Below, one piece after another: positions 1 through 13,533 of a stretch of 64,000 nt of DNA. Where the stretch lies: positions 3,040,001-3,104,000 of the forward strand of contig CM000151.3 in the NCBI GenBank assembly GCA_000004695.1, written 5' to 3'. The notes below the pieces were generated by a model. That model made no database searches, was not told the DNA's origin, and saw only the letters and a program-made list of their open reading frames with translations. The first letter of the stretch is position 1. The number at the start of each line of letters is the position of its first letter. The translations under genes were made by a program, and so were the position numbers. Source of the DNA: Dictyostelium discoideum (taxonomy: Eukaryota).

Positions 1-381
1 ATGAAAAAAATTGTGATTAACTCTGTTCTTTGGGTGAAAAAATTCAAAAATACTGCAAATCTTAATCGTTGGTTTTTTAGAACGTAAAAAAAAAAAAAGA
101 AAAAAAGAAAAAAAAATAGAAAAAAAAATTTTTTTTTTTTTAACTGAAATCTGTTTTTTTTTTTCTCACTCTTTAAAACAAAAATACCAAATTTTCAGTA
201 AAATCAGATCTTTTCTTATTTTACATTCCGACAAATGAAAAATAAAAAATAAAAAAAAAAATAAAATAAATAAAAAAAATAAAAAAAAATAAATTATTAA
301 TACATATCTCTTTTTATTTTATATTTTTTTTATACATTTAATTTTTCAAAAATAAAAAATTAAAATATCATTTTGTTTTGA

Positions 382-1437
382 TTATGTTTCTTGATTTAAT
401 TTTCTTTCAACGAAAATAAATGAAGCAATTTGAGCACTTGATAGAAAAAGTATTTCAAATTTATTTTTTAAATTTGATTCCATATCCAAATCAACTTTGA
501 AAAGATTATTTAATTCTTGATAGATATGAATGTTTGTACAATGAGTTTCAATGAATTTCTCAAAGAGTTCATACTCCATTACATCAGCAACATCTAATAA
601 TCTTCTACCAAGTGATGATTTACTAGTTATTCTTTCAATAAGAATTGATGTAAAAGATGATAATTCCATTTGATTTAAAACTCGGATTGAATGATCTCCA
701 ATAATTGGTGAATATAAAATTCCACTATCTGAAAATATATATATATTAATAAATAAAATAATAATAAATTTCCAAAGGTATTAGATATAATTTTTAAAAC
801 TTACTAAAACCCATTTTTGGTGTATAAAACTCTTGTTGTTGATTTTTAAATAAACGAGATAATGATTCAATAGGATTAATACCATCATTACTTGTATTTA
901 AATCTAATATATAAAGTTTTCTAAAAGTTATATAACATTCATGTTTTAATAAAGATGATTCTATTTTGTTTTTTTTTTTTTTTTTTTTTTTTCAAAAAAT
1001 AAAGTATTAATAAAATTATATTATTTAATAATTGTAATTTTTTTTGTTTATTTATTTATTAATAACATACGTAAATCTTTTTCTTTTTTATCAATTAAAT
1101 CTATAATTTTATTAAAACTACATTGTTCTCGATTTGGATTTTCAATTATAAATTCAATTGAATTATTATTATTATTTTTATTATGTTGAGATTCACCAAT
1201 ATAATAAAAAATAAAATCTAAATATGAAACATCTTTAAAAGAATTTTCTAAATATTTTTCAAATTCATTTATTAAACTTGATTGATTTACAATTATTTTA
1301 CAATTGAAATGACAATCTTTTTTTAATATCCTTGAAAATTCAAGGGCACTATTAATACAAAATTCACTCTTTGAACCACAATATATAAATGCATGCCTTT
1401 GTTTTATACTTTGACAAAATTCCTTTATTATTTTCAT
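382..1437 (-). CDS. hypothetical protein, 3 exons (1437..1071, 960..805, 728..382), about 289 aa
   Basis: ORFs 1048-1437 and 382-669 joined through a GTATGT donor (intron 961-1070) and a GTAAGT donor (intron 729-804) with AG acceptors. Split codons are phase-consistent. No protein family recognised. Confidence 0.45.
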
Positions 1438-1830
1438 TTTTTTTTTTTTTTTTTATTATTTTTTTTTTGTTAGTAAATTGGTAAATGTGTGTAAAAAAAA
1501 AATAAAAAAAAACAAAAAAGAAAAAACAAAAAAAAAAAAAACAAAAATACACTTAATTTCTTACCTCGTAATGGCTTTTAATCTCACTTGGGGTATAAAT
1601 TTTAGGACTTGCATCAAAAGAACTCATAATTTTAAAAAAAATTCTATAATAAATATCTTTTATTGGGGTGAAAAAAAAAAAAAAAAAAAAAAAGTAAAAA
1701 AAAAAAAATGAAAATATGAAAATTAGTTTCAAAAAAAAAGTAACGCGATAAAAAAATGAAAATATGAAAATAAAAATATAAAAAATTTTTTATTAATTTG
1801 TAAAATTTGTAATTTAATTAAATTTGTAAT

Positions 1831-3496
<1,666 letters not shown>

Positions 3497-3826
3497 TGTA
3501 TAAATCTATTTATAATTATTTATATGAATTTTCATATAAAAAAAAAATAAAAAAAATAAAATAATAAAAAAATAAAAAAAAAATAAAAAAATGAAAATAA
3601 GGTGTGTCTTAAAATTGTTTATTGTTTTTTTTTTTTTTTTTTTTTTTTTTGGTTATGAATTAATAAAAAAATAAATAATAAAAATGAAGAAAAAGTGAAT
3701 AATTGAAATTTTATTTATTTGAAAAAAATAAATAAATAAAAAAATAAAAAAAAATAAAAATTAATTGGTGTGGGAAAAAAAAAAAAAAAAAATTAAAATA
3801 ATTAGTTAAGGGAGATAAATAAATGA

Positions 3827-3881
<55 letters not shown>

Positions 3882-4413
3882 AAATATTCGAAATCTATTA
3901 TTACCCGTTTGTTATTATTTATTTAATAAAAAAAAAAAAAAATACGGAAATGAGATGTCTTAATTTTATGTTTTTTTTATTTTTTGCTGTGGGAAAATAA
4001 AAAAAATAAAAAAAATAAAAAAAATAAAAAAAAAAAAAACATTGTTGGGAATGAAACACCAAATCATAAGGTTGGCGGGATATAAAAAAATTTCAGCATT
4101 AGAGTGGTGAAATTTTATGCAGTTCGTTGGTCGCTTCTTTTTTTTATTTTTCTTTTATTTTTTAATTTTTTTGTAGTTCCCCTTACCAAATCATTGTGGA
4201 CTTTGGGAAAAATGAAAAAAAAAAAAAGTCAGAAAATATAAAGAAACCCTCAAATAATAAAATATTTACTAAATTTTTAAAAAATTAAAAAAAGATTGTT
4301 GGAAATGAAAGAAAGCCTCAAATAATAAAAAGATTGTTGGAAATGAAAGAAACCCTCAAATAATAAAATATTTACTAAATTTGTTTATTATTTTTATTAG
4401 TATAATTATTATA

Positions 4414-4493
<80 letters not shown>

Positions 4494-4516
4494 ATTTTAA
4501 AAGAAAAAAAAATATA

Positions 4517-5338
4517 TTATTCTTTTTTATTTGAAGATTTTTTTGAAAATTTTAAGAATAATCTTTTTAATTGAGAGAAAATTGACATTCTATTAAAGAG
4601 TTTGATAAAGTATTGAAATCTTCCAAATAAAGTTCCATATGAAATGAGAATGAAAGGATAAACTGTATACATTGTTAAAAAATAAACTATTACATATTTT
4701 GGATCATTTTGAATTAATTCCAAACCTCCCCGGAATGGACTAACTGGATTTTGATAACCAATTAAATATTTCAATAAAAATTTAACTACATGAAGTGATG
4801 AAGTACCTGTAATACCAAAGACTATGAAAATGTATGCTTTTTCTGTCCACCATTGTTTACTAAATCTTGGATATTCATATGTATTCTTCATAATTTTATC
4901 GAAAAGAGTTTTATTATTTTCATTATTATTAAAAATTGGATTGATTGTTGGTTCTGATGTTGAATTATTATTATTATTATTATTTTCCACTGTTGTTGTA
5001 TTTGATATTGATGAAACAACTTCTGTTTTCATTGATGATGGTGATGATGGTGTTGGTGGTGTTGGTGGTGTTGTTGGTGATGATGACGAAGACGATGATG
5101 ATAATGTGGCCATACTTTTTCTGATTGAATAATATCTATTATTATTTATTAATGTAAATTGATCATTTATAATTGTTTTAGAAAGTTGATAATCTTTTGT
5201 TGCAATATTATATTTGATAAAATTAATATTTTTATTACTTTTATTCAAGAGTGATGATGTGTTTGAAAGTGAAAATATTGAAAATTTTGAAAAATTTTTA
5301 TAATTTTTTATTTGTGGGGTTATTAATTTGCTAAACAT
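4517..5338 (-). CDS. hypothetical membrane protein, 273 aa; basic Ser/Thr-rich N-terminus, Pro/Ser/Thr linker, two predicted TM helices near the C-terminus
   Basis: Single uninterrupted ORF with an ATG at 5338 and a hydrophobic C-terminal half (IFIVFGITGTSSL.., YVIVYFLTMYTVYPFILISYG). The N-terminus resembles a mitochondrial presequence. No family assigned. Confidence 0.5.
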   Translation of the reverse strand: MFSKLITPQIKNYKNFSKFSIFSLSNTSSLLNKSNKNINFIKYNIATKDYQLSKTIINDQFTLINNNRYYSIRKSMATLSSSSSSSSPTTPPTPPTPSSPSSMKTEVVSSISNTTTVENNNNNNNSTSEPTINPIFNNNENNKTLFDKIMKNTYEYPRFSKQWWTEKAYIFIVFGITGTSSLHVVKFLLKYLIGYQNPVSPFRGGLELIQNDPKYVIVYFLTMYTVYPFILISYGTLFGRFQYFIKLFNRMSIFSQLKRLFLKFSKKSSNKKE

Positions 5339-5494
5339 CTTTTTTTTTTTCCAAATTTTTTTTTTTTTTTTTTATCAAAAAAAAAAAAATTAAATCAATA
5401 TTATTATTGATCCAATGATATTGACTAATTTATCAATTTTAAAAAAAAAAAAAAAAAAAAAATGAATCAAAAAATTAAGCCAAATGACTCGGCT

Positions 5495-5546
<52 letters not shown>

Positions 5547-5809
5547 AAAATAAAAATAAAATAAAAATAAAATTTAAAAAATAAAAAGATTTTTTAGTTA
5601 AAAAATAAGATTGTAAAAAAAAAGTGAAAATAAAAAAAAAAAAGTGTTTCAAAACACATAATATTATGTTGGCAAAAAAAAAAAAAAAAAGATAAATGCT
5701 ATGGCAGAGATTTTTTTTTTTAATTTATTTATTTTTTAGGAAAAATGTTTAAACCAAAATTAAAGTTTGATTTAGTTATTCATTGGGGAAAATTTTAAAT
5801 TTTAAAAAG

Positions 5810-5843
<34 letters not shown>

Positions 5844-6145
5844 TAAATATTATCCAAATACTTTACCTTTATCAACACAACCAACAAATATTATTCTTTG
5901 AACCAAAACAAATATGGAGACAATTTCAGAATAAACACAGGTGTCTTTTTTTTTTTAAAAAAAATATCTTTTTTTTTTTTTATAATTTTTTTTTTTATAT
6001 TTTTTTTTTTTTTTAATTTTTTTTTTTTTTTTTTTTAATTTTTTTTTTTTAATTTTTAATTTTTTTTTTTTTTTTTTTTTTTTTGATTTAATTTAAAATT
6101 GTTGTATTATATATTTAAAAGAGATAAATTAGAAAAACATAGAAG

Positions 6146-7673
6146 ATGGCATCATTAGATATTAGTGATCCAGATATTACAAAATATATTAAATTAGTTC
6201 AAGATGGTAATCCAGCAAATCGTTGGATTGTTTTTTCATATGTACCAAAATCAAATAACAAAATTAAATTTTGTGATAGTGGATCAGGTGATTTGAAAGA
6301 GTTGAGAGAGGAATTAGATGATTCAAGTATTCGTTTTGCTTATATTCGTTTTGTTATTAATAATATGCCAAAGTTTGTATACATTCCATGGTGTGGTGAT
6401 GGTGTAAACGGACCAATCAAAGGCGCTTTCAGTGGACACGCAATCGAATTTTCAAAATCTTTCAAACCAATTCATCATCAAGTTAACGCTCGTTCAGAGG
6501 AAGATATCGACGAGAAAGCAATCACCGCTGCATTGAACAAAGCAACTGGTGCCTCATACGATAGTGGTTCAAAGGTACAAGGTGCTACCAAAGGTACCTT
6601 CATTCCACAATCGGTTAGTCAAGGTAGAGAAGCTGCAACCAAATCAAATGCTGAGGTTAAAAATGTCATCAACAAAAACGATTATAACAAAATTCAAGAA
6701 TCTGCAGAATATTGGAAACAAAATCAAGCAAATAAATCTGAACCAGCCAAACCAACTCGTCCAGAATATAATTTATCCACCGAAAGAGATGACTATTGGA
6801 AACAACAACAAGCAGAGAAACAAAAACAACAACAACAACAACAGCAACAACAAGCATCAAGAGTTAATGCTCCACCACCATCTCGTACTGTTGGTAATAA
6901 ATTCCAAGAACAAGTTTCAAAACCAACTGAAACTGCTCCACCACAACCAAGACCTGCTCCTTCAAAAGGAAGTGTTTTAAATCGTTTCCCAGCTGCAACT
7001 CAACAACAACAAGAACCACCAGCTCCATCACGTCCAGCTGCTCCAGTACCATCACGTGTAAATAAACCAGCTGCACCAGTCCAACCAGTTTATCAAGAAC
7101 CAGTTCATGAAGAACCACAATATGAAGAACCACAATATGAAGAAGAACAACAACAACAATATGAAGAGCAACCAACTGAAGAACAACAATATTATCAAGA
7201 AGAACCACAACAACAATACGAAGAACAACCAACTGAAGAACAACAATATTATCAAGAAGAACAACAACAATATGAAGAACAACCAACCGAAGAACAACAA
7301 TATTATCAAGAAGAGCAACAACAATACGAACAACCAACTGAAGATCAACAATATTATCAAGAAGAACAACAACAATATGAACAGCCAGCTGAAGAGCAAT
7401 ACGATCAAAGTGGTTATCTTCAAGCTAAAGCACTTTACGATTATAATGGTGAAAATGATGGTGATCTTTCTTTCAGAGAAGGTGATATCATTACAATTTT
7501 AGATCAAAGTGATCCAGATGGTTGGTGGCAAGTAAGTATTAATTAATTGATTAATTAATCAATCAATTAGTCAATAATAGTAGCTAATTTTATTTTTATT
7601 TTTATTTTTATAGGGATCTTTACCAACAGGTGAACAAGGTTTCTTCCCATCTAATTTCGTACAACAATTGTAA
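6146..7673 (+). CDS. abpE: actin-binding protein Abp1 (drebrin-like: ADF-H domain, Pro-rich linker, acidic repeats, C-terminal SH3); exons 6146..7531, 7614..7673; 481 aa
   Basis: N-terminal ADF-H/cofilin-like domain (FVYIPWCGDGVNGPIKGAFSGH). The C-terminal SH3 (ALYDYNGENDGDLSFREGDIITILDQSDPDGWWQ|GSLPTGEQGFFPSNFVQQL) is split by an 82-bp GTAAGT..TAG intron at 7532-7613, phase 0. The 481-aa length matches Dictyostelium Abp1. Confidence 0.9.
7120..7400 (+). repeat. about five tandem 57-nt coding repeats (EEQPTEEQQYYQEEQQQYE) inside abpE
   Basis: Direct repeat of the peptide unit visible in the translation. The ORFs on the opposite strand (6669-7423) are artefacts of this repeat. Confidence 0.8.
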
Positions 7674-8029
7674 GAAAATTAAGATATCCTAACAATATGC
7701 TAATGGTATTTACAAATATCCAAATACTTATTATCTGAATTGATTAAAAAAAATAAAATAAAATAAAATGTCACAATAAACTATTTCCATTTGTTTTCCT
7801 TATTTATCCATATTTATTAAAAAAAAAAAAAAAATGTTTTGGAAATCTGGATTATTTCTTGGAAAGCTATTATAAAATGGAATCTCTTTTTGAAAATAAA
7901 TCCATTTTTTTTTTTAATACCAAATTATAATTTTTAAACAAACCAACATTTTAATTTATTTTTCAATTTTTTTTTTATTTTTTTATTTTTTTTTTTTATT
8001 TTTATTTTCAATTTTTATAATTAAATATC

Positions 8030-8905
8030 ATGATTAGAAATTCAAAAATATTAATGAATAAATTAAAAAGGATTGGATTAGGTCAAATTACAAGTACCAA
8101 TAATAAAGAGGATAATTTTAGAAAATGTAAAGAAATGATAGAGAAAGCTGTTGAAAATAAAGTGAATTTATTTTGTTTACCAGAATGTTTTGCATTTATA
8201 AGTGGTGGAATTCATCAATTTGAATCAAGAGATAATGCAGAGTATTTAGATCAAAAAGGAGGAATCATTGAAAGATATAAAGATTTAGCAAAGCAAAATA
8301 ATATTTGGTTATCATTAGGTGGATTTCATGAAAAGATATTGGATGATCCAAATGATATGATCTACAATACTCATTTAATCATTGATTCAAATGGTGTAAT
8401 AGTTTGCGAGTATAGAAAGATGCATTTATTTGATGTCGATATTCCATCAAAGGGTGTTAAAATGAATGAAAGTAAAGTTGTTAAAGGTGGTAATGATTTA
8501 GTGGTTTGTGATTCACCAGTTGGTAAACTTGGTTTATCAATTTGTTATGATTTACGTTTTCCAGAACTTTATCTAAGTCTAAGAAGAATGGATGCTCAAA
8601 TTCTATTGGTACCAAGTGCATTTATGAAGAGTACTGGTGAAGCACATTGGAAACCATTACTTCAAGCAAGAGCAATTGAAAATCAAACTTATGTCATCGC
8701 TGCTGCTCAAACTGGTGATCATCATTCTAAAAGATCTTCCTATGGCCATTCAATGATCATTGATCCTTGGGGTAAGGTCTTACATGATTTACCTGATAAC
8801 CTAAATGATATCGCTTTTGTTGATATAGATCTCGATTACATTTCAACTTGTAGAGAAAACATACCTGTATTTAATCATAAAAAATTAAATAATTATAAAA
8901 TATAA
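8030..8905 (+). CDS. nit1: Nit1-type nitrilase-family carbon-nitrogen hydrolase (deaminated-glutathione amidase-like), single exon, 291 aa
   Basis: Glu-Lys-Cys triad motifs LPECF, YRKMHLFD and LSICYDLRFPE, plus the Nit1-specific stretch AAAQTGDHHSKRSSYGHSMIIDPWG and C-terminal IPVFNHKK. Closest to animal NIT1 rather than NIT2. Confidence 0.85.
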   Translation: MIRNSKILMNKLKRIGLGQITSTNNKEDNFRKCKEMIEKAVENKVNLFCLPECFAFISGGIHQFESRDNAEYLDQKGGIIERYKDLAKQNNIWLSLGGFHEKILDDPNDMIYNTHLIIDSNGVIVCEYRKMHLFDVDIPSKGVKMNESKVVKGGNDLVVCDSPVGKLGLSICYDLRFPELYLSLRRMDAQILLVPSAFMKSTGEAHWKPLLQARAIENQTYVIAAAQTGDHHSKRSSYGHSMIIDPWGKVLHDLPDNLNDIAFVDIDLDYISTCRENIPVFNHKKLNNYKI

Positions 8906-9463
8906 TTATTTTTTAAAAAGAAAAAAAAAAAAAAAAAGTGTGAATAAAAAAAAAAAAAAAAAAAAAATGGTTTCAACCTTAATTTATTGGAATAATAAAT
9001 TGTGTATAAAATACTATTCACTCATGCTTTGTATGATAAAAAATTTTATAACCAATAAATTTTATTAAAATAGAAAAATAATTATTTTGTTTATTTTATT
9101 CAGATAAATCAAATGTTTTAATCGTTTATAATATTGATACATTATCATATGAAAAGTATACAAACTTTAAAATTCCATTACATCATAATGAAAAATATGC
9201 TCAAAGTTTTATCGCAAGAGGTGGCTCACCAATTGAACCAAATCAAGTAAAGAAAAAGAATATTTTAATACCAATCTTAATATCAATTATTGGATTTTCA
9301 GTGATTGTATTTATAATTATAGTCACTGTACTTTTAATTAAAAGAAGAAATACAAAAAAATCAGATGAATTTAATAAACAAAAAGATAATGAATCTGAAA
9401 TTTCAAAACAATAAAAAGTATTAAAAATTAACTTTATAAAATTATTCGATTATTTATTTATTT

Positions 9464-9497
<34 letters not shown>

Positions 9498-10334
9498 TTT
9501 GTTTATTTGTTTAATTTTTTTTTTTAGTTTATTTAATAAATTTTATTTTGTTTTATTTTGTTTTATTTTGTTTTATTTTATTTTGTTTTGTTTTGTTTTT
9601 TTTTTTGTTTTGTTCGGGAGCCGACACAGCCAGAGACACCCCTTTCAGCCAAATATAGTTCACTAAACTTTGATTTTTTAATTTTGTTTCATGGCAATCA
9701 ACCTATAATATAAATTAATATTAGTAAAAATTATTATTAGAATAAAATGTATTTTTAAAATTTATCTTGAACGAAAATTAAAAAATTTCAATGTTTATTT
9801 CTGTGTCATGTATAAAAGTTGTTTTATTTTTTTTTTTAATATTAAAAAATATTTAGTGAAAGCTGTTTAATATAGCATCTACCTATCAACAATGCCCGAG
9901 AATGAAAAGATTTATCTTATAAAAAAGAATAAAATCCTTTGATTCTCGGGCAATTGGATTAATAACTCTGATAAGTGTATTTATTTTTTTTTTTTTATTT
10001 AAGTATAACTTTGCCTTTTTTTTGAATGGAGTAAAAAAAAAAAAAAAAATTATTTTTTTATATTTTATTTTATTTTATTTTATTTTATTTTATTTTATTT
10101 TATTTTATTTTATTTTGTTTTATTTTATTTTATTCTGATTGGATGAAAAAAAATGTAAAAAAAAAAAAAAAAATATAAAAATAATTGTTATTTTTGAGAA
10201 TAGAGAAAAAAAAAAAAAAAAAGAAAAAAAAAAAAAAAAAAAAGAAAATTTTTTTTTTCAAAATGTTTTTCAATTTCTTTTTATTTTTTTTTTTTTTCGT
10301 TTCAATCTATATTTATTATACATGAAACAATATA

Positions 10335-11207
10335 ATGTTTCATTTAATAACGATTGAAGATAAAGTTAGAATAGCACCAAGTCAATTCAATAATGAAGTA
10401 CAAACAATTGAAGATGAAATTGAAAAGAAGTATACAAGTAAAGTTGTATTAAATGCAGGTTTATTTGTAGCATTATATGATATATTAGGAACAGGTGATT
10501 CATATGTTCATTCAGGTGACGGAGGTGCTCACCTTATGGTTCGTTTTAGAATGGTTGTATTTAAACCTTTCAAAGGTGAAGTTTTGGAAGGTGTTATAAA
10601 AAAGTCTTCAAGACAATCAATTCAAATTTCTCTTGGTTTCTTTCATGAAATTTATTTAAATCCAATCGAATTACCAAATCCATCAAATTAGTAAATATAA
10701 AATTAATAATTAATAATTAATAAATAATAGTTAAATAATTAATTAAATAAATAATAAATAATTAATAATAATAAAATTTTAATTTTAATTCAAATTTATT
10801 TTAGTAATCAAGAAGAAGGATTATGGTATTGGGAATGGAATGAAAATCAATTGTTTTTTGAAGATGGTGGTAGGGTTAGATTTAAAATTGATCAAGTTGA
10901 ATTTAATCCAGAGATATCACAACCAGCACCATCACCAAAAAATGTAAATACAGAAGCAATGGATTCTTATTCATTGAGAGAATATAAAGAAAAACAAATT
11001 GAAAATGAAAATCTTTTGAAACAAGTTAAATCTCCTTTGATCTTAAAAGTGTCAATGAGAGAAGCAGGTTTAGGTATGGTTTCTTGGTGGACAAACCAAT
11101 CTGCTGGTGATGATGATGAAAATGAAGAGGATGGTGGAGAAAATCAAGATGATGAAGTAGCTGAAGATGATGGTGGGGAAGAACCTACAATAGAAGAAGA
11201 CGAATAG
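10335..11207 (+). CDS. rpc8: DNA-directed RNA polymerase III subunit RPC8 (Rpb7-like, S1 fold); exons 10335..10690, 10805..11207; 252 aa
   Basis: MFHLITIEDKVRIAPSQF.., VLNAGLFVALYDI.., GDGGAHLMVRFRMVVFKPFKGEV and C-terminal EAGLGMVSWWTNQ match POLR3H. The intron 10691-10804 (GTAAAT..TTTTAG) splits a Tyr codon (TA|T). The acidic C-terminal tail is typical. Confidence 0.85.
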
Positions 11208-11444
11208 AAAAAAAAAAAAAAAAAAAACTTTATAAATAAAGTATTTTGTATAAAAGAAATAAAAAATTTCTATGTAAATAAAAAAAAAAAGTATTATTTT
11301 CATTAATTTTATTGGTTTATTTTATTTTATTTTATTTTTTAAAGTTTATTTATAATTATTTACAAGTTTAGTTTAAAGGATTAAAAAAAAAAAAAAAGAA
11401 AAAGAAAAAAAAAAAAAAAAAGGAAAAAAAAAAATTAGATTAAA

Positions 11445-12059
11445 TTAATTTGACATTAAACTTTGATATTGATGATCGAAAACATTTTTGGAAGCATATG
11501 AATAGAGTGCATGACTATAATCTTCATATTCTTGATTAGACATTAACTCTTGGTCATGTTCTGTGATTTTGGTGATTGGTATTAAGTTATCACCGACTCT
11601 AACTAAAATATCTTTACCATCATCATCCGATTGTGACATTGAAGAAACGGTTTGTGAATCATCCAATTTCATTTTTTTATTTTGATGTTCACCATTACCA
11701 CCATCATTACCTTCAATGGTTGAACCACCACTACCACTATTACTACCATTACCATCAGCATCACCACTATCAGGAGCACTCTCCCATTCTTGATAATGAG
11801 TTTTAATATAATTTATATAAAAATCTTGATCAATTTTAATTTGTTCTTTAACAGCAGTAGGTTGTTCGTTGGTTGAGGTTTGAGTTTGTTGATTATTGTT
11901 CAAGATTGAATTCGACTTAACATTTCTATTTTTAAATGAATTACTTGGCAATAACCAAGGTGGAAGTGATGCTAATCCTGTTTTTTTACTAAATTAAATT
12001 ATTGGTTTCGGAAGGAGGAAGATAAAAAATAAAAAAAAATGTTTAAAATTTAATTATTT

Positions 12060-12101
<42 letters not shown>

Positions 12102-12724
12102 TTAAAATTTTTTAATATATACTTTTCTTTTTTAACTACTGCTTTATTAATTTCTATACCATCAGTATCTAAAATATCAACATGAAATTCTATATTTTCA
12201 TTTGTTGGATCTATATGATGAGAAGTTGCAGCACCTTGTGCAACAGGAAATGCAGATGGTTTTGGACCCATACCTAATGATGAATTGGTATTAATTGTAT
12301 AAGATGGACCTTGATCTGCTGATAAATCTGCTAAATCTCTTGCAAATCTATTTAATAATAAATAAAAGGGATGTATTAATATTTATATTTGTTTTGTTTT
12401 TTTAAAAAAAGAAAAGAAAAAAAAAAAAAAAAAAAAAGAAAAAGAAAAAAAAGAAAAAACATACAAAGGTATATTATGACCTTCAGTTTTCTTTAATTGT
12501 TCAATAATTTTTCTTAATTGACTAAACAAATCAGATTGATGTTTAGCAGTTTGTGTTAATGATTCATTATTTAATTCCTCTTCTAATTCGCCATCGCAAA
12601 TTTCGCATGCCAATGCACCAGTGTCCATATTTAATAATTTTGGAATATCTAATGCTGTATATCTAATTATTATTTAAGAGTTTGAAATTAGTAATGATGA
12701 TGATAATAATAATAATAGTTATTA

Positions 12725-12813
<89 letters not shown>

Positions 12814-13533
12814 TAAAGATGGGAATATAAATAAAAAAAATGTGTACACTTTATGACATGTTTGACATTTATAAGTTTGAACGTCAATTTTTTGAACTTT
12901 TACAGATTCCATCTTCTTTCTAAACATGTATAATTTATATTTTACAATATCAATGATATGTTTATAATCTATATACCAAAGTAGATGGGTACTACCTCTT
13001 TCATTTGGTCCTTTTGCTTCTACTTTTACATCTGAACTCTTTACCATTGAATCACCTTTAAGATCCATTAATATCTTTCTTACATATTTTTGTTGAATAC
13101 GAAGTCTTAATGCTAAATCTTCATCTTTAATACTATTATTTATTTTATTATTATTATTATTATTATTTTTTATTTTTGTTATTGTTTTTTATTTTTATTA
13201 TTGTTTTTTATTTTTATTATTATTATTATTATTTTTTATTTGAAAATATATTTTTAATTGGTATATTATAATAAAGTTAGTAAAAAAAAGGAAAAAAAAA
13301 AATATTATTAGTAATGTAAATAAAAATAGTGATTTATTATTAATATTTATAATAATTATTATAAATTCTATAAAGATAATAATAAAAGAGAAAAAAAGAA
13401 TTAGAAATATATACCGTTTCTTTTCTCTTAAAAGACCATCAATAATAACAGCATATTCATCGGGGTAAAAAGCACGAATTACCATCTTTACAAGATCATC
13501 TAAAATATGATAGATATTGTTTGAAGATGACAT
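11445..13533 (-). CDS. gtf2e1: general transcription factor IIE alpha subunit; exons 13533..13415, 13132..12848, 12662..12465, 12347..12123, 11988..11445; about 456 aa
   Basis: Winged-helix N-terminus (VKMVIRAFYPDEYAVIIDGLL), the HLLWYIDYKHIIDIVKYKL motif, and a zinc ribbon CQTCHKV-x18-ACEIC with the same C-x2-C-x21-C-x2-C spacing as human TFIIE-alpha. The acidic C-terminus has a DILVRVGD..IPITKITEHDQ tail. All four introns close in phase. Intron 2 uses an unusual GTACAC donor. Confidence 0.85.

Noticed and set aside
1364-1711. ORFs 1364-1552 (-) and 1478-1711 (+) made of poly-Lys/Phe
   Set aside because: Pure A/T homopolymer translation in intergenic DNA, not coding.
6549-7502. Alternative-frame and antisense ORFs (6549-6980, 6669-6860, 6864-7337, 7052-7423, 7107-7502) overlapping abpE
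   Set aside because: Artefacts of the CAA/GAA-rich coding repeats of abpE. Low-complexity poly-V/L/N translations.
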